A DNA stretch of 62,634 bases, counting the filler, from Nemertoderma westbladi (lineage: Eukaryota > Animalia > Xenacoelomorpha): the NCBI GenBank assembly GCA_032718475.1. It is 3 parts of 3 records of this genome, joined end to end, with 100 filler letters (N's around TTAATTAATTAA, not from the genome) between each part and the next. Parts side by side here need not be neighbours in the genome. Positions count along the whole stretch, not along the records: positions 52,828 to 62,634 come from JAUCBJ010002102.1; 2 more parts are not named here. One strand, written 5' to 3'. A model generated the notes under the pieces. That model was not told where the DNA came from and ran no database searches. It worked only from the letters and a program-made list of their open reading frames with translations. Both the position numbers and the translations under genes were made by a program. This document shows positions 62,203-62,634 of the stretch, piece by piece; positions within the stretch are counted from its first letter, which is position 1, and each line of letters begins with the position of its first letter.

Positions 62203-62634
62203 TGTTAGCACTTTATGCTTTCTGTTTCATTTCAGAAACTCATAATCTCCTCTTGTGATCTCGGCTTGATTAATAATCAATTTATTTCAATTTTAGTTAT
62301 AAAACGCTAACATCTGGTCTGGCTTGCTATGCAATAATTATACAACAAAATTAGCCTTAAAGAGCTAACATTTAGAATATGTCTTATAGAGAAACTCTAT
62401 AGTGCTAACAGTTAGCACTTTACCTTTTTCAATAATTCTGAATCTGGTCGCTAGGGGGCAGTTGTTAAAATTTGTTGCTATTTGACGTTTTTAATTTGTG
62501 CTTGCAAAGGGGTCAAACTGCTAACACTTCGAAATGAGCCTATCGGAACCTGGAATTGTAGTCAACTTGTCTTAACAAATTTTTTTCAGGGAGTGTTAGC
62601 ACTTTAAGTTAGCACTTTAAACAGTTAGCACTTT
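62203..62634. repeat. Dispersed GTTAGCACTTT motifs, probable DNA transposon subterminal repeats running off the window
   Basis: GTTAGCACTTT at ~62204, 62411, 62595, 62608 and 62624, plus inverted AGTGCTAAC at 62401. Confidence 0.5.

Overview
AT-rich, repeat-dense animal (invertebrate-like) genomic scaffold with two assembly gaps. The left quarter holds the 5' end of a minus-strand axonemal outer-arm dynein heavy chain gene (DNAH5/DNAH8-like). Five phase-compatible coding exons lie at 16295-16223, 11188-11136, 10980-10965, 6551-6490 and 4798-4704, behind an RFX X-box plus forkhead promoter. Its introns are filled with distinct minisatellites, two of which are tandem amplifications of an exon end plus its 5' splice site. 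Intron 1 carries a decayed RTE-like LINE interrupted by a 1.06-kb non-coding insert with a 12-bp target-site duplication (TSD). The insert is built from a 415-bp unit with a tRNA-type Pol III promoter fused to a minimal hammerhead ribozyme, in inverted plus tandem copies (Penelope/retrozyme-like). The rest is nested mobile DNA: a Copia 3' end, a TIR element, a Ulp1-protease/LINE-ORF1-like reading frame, a Gypsy 3' end inserted in a BEL/Pao integrase, an intronless ~1,400-aa ORF with a DEDDy-like 3'-5' exonuclease and zinc knuckles followed by a PPT/LTR-like end, LINE fragments, a 2.1-kb solo-LTR-like insert, 51-bp and 27-bp satellites, and a near-complete degenerate CsRn1-clade Gypsy element. 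Most long ORFs in the supplied track are satellite translation artefacts. All family calls come from motif recognition by eye; no searches were run.
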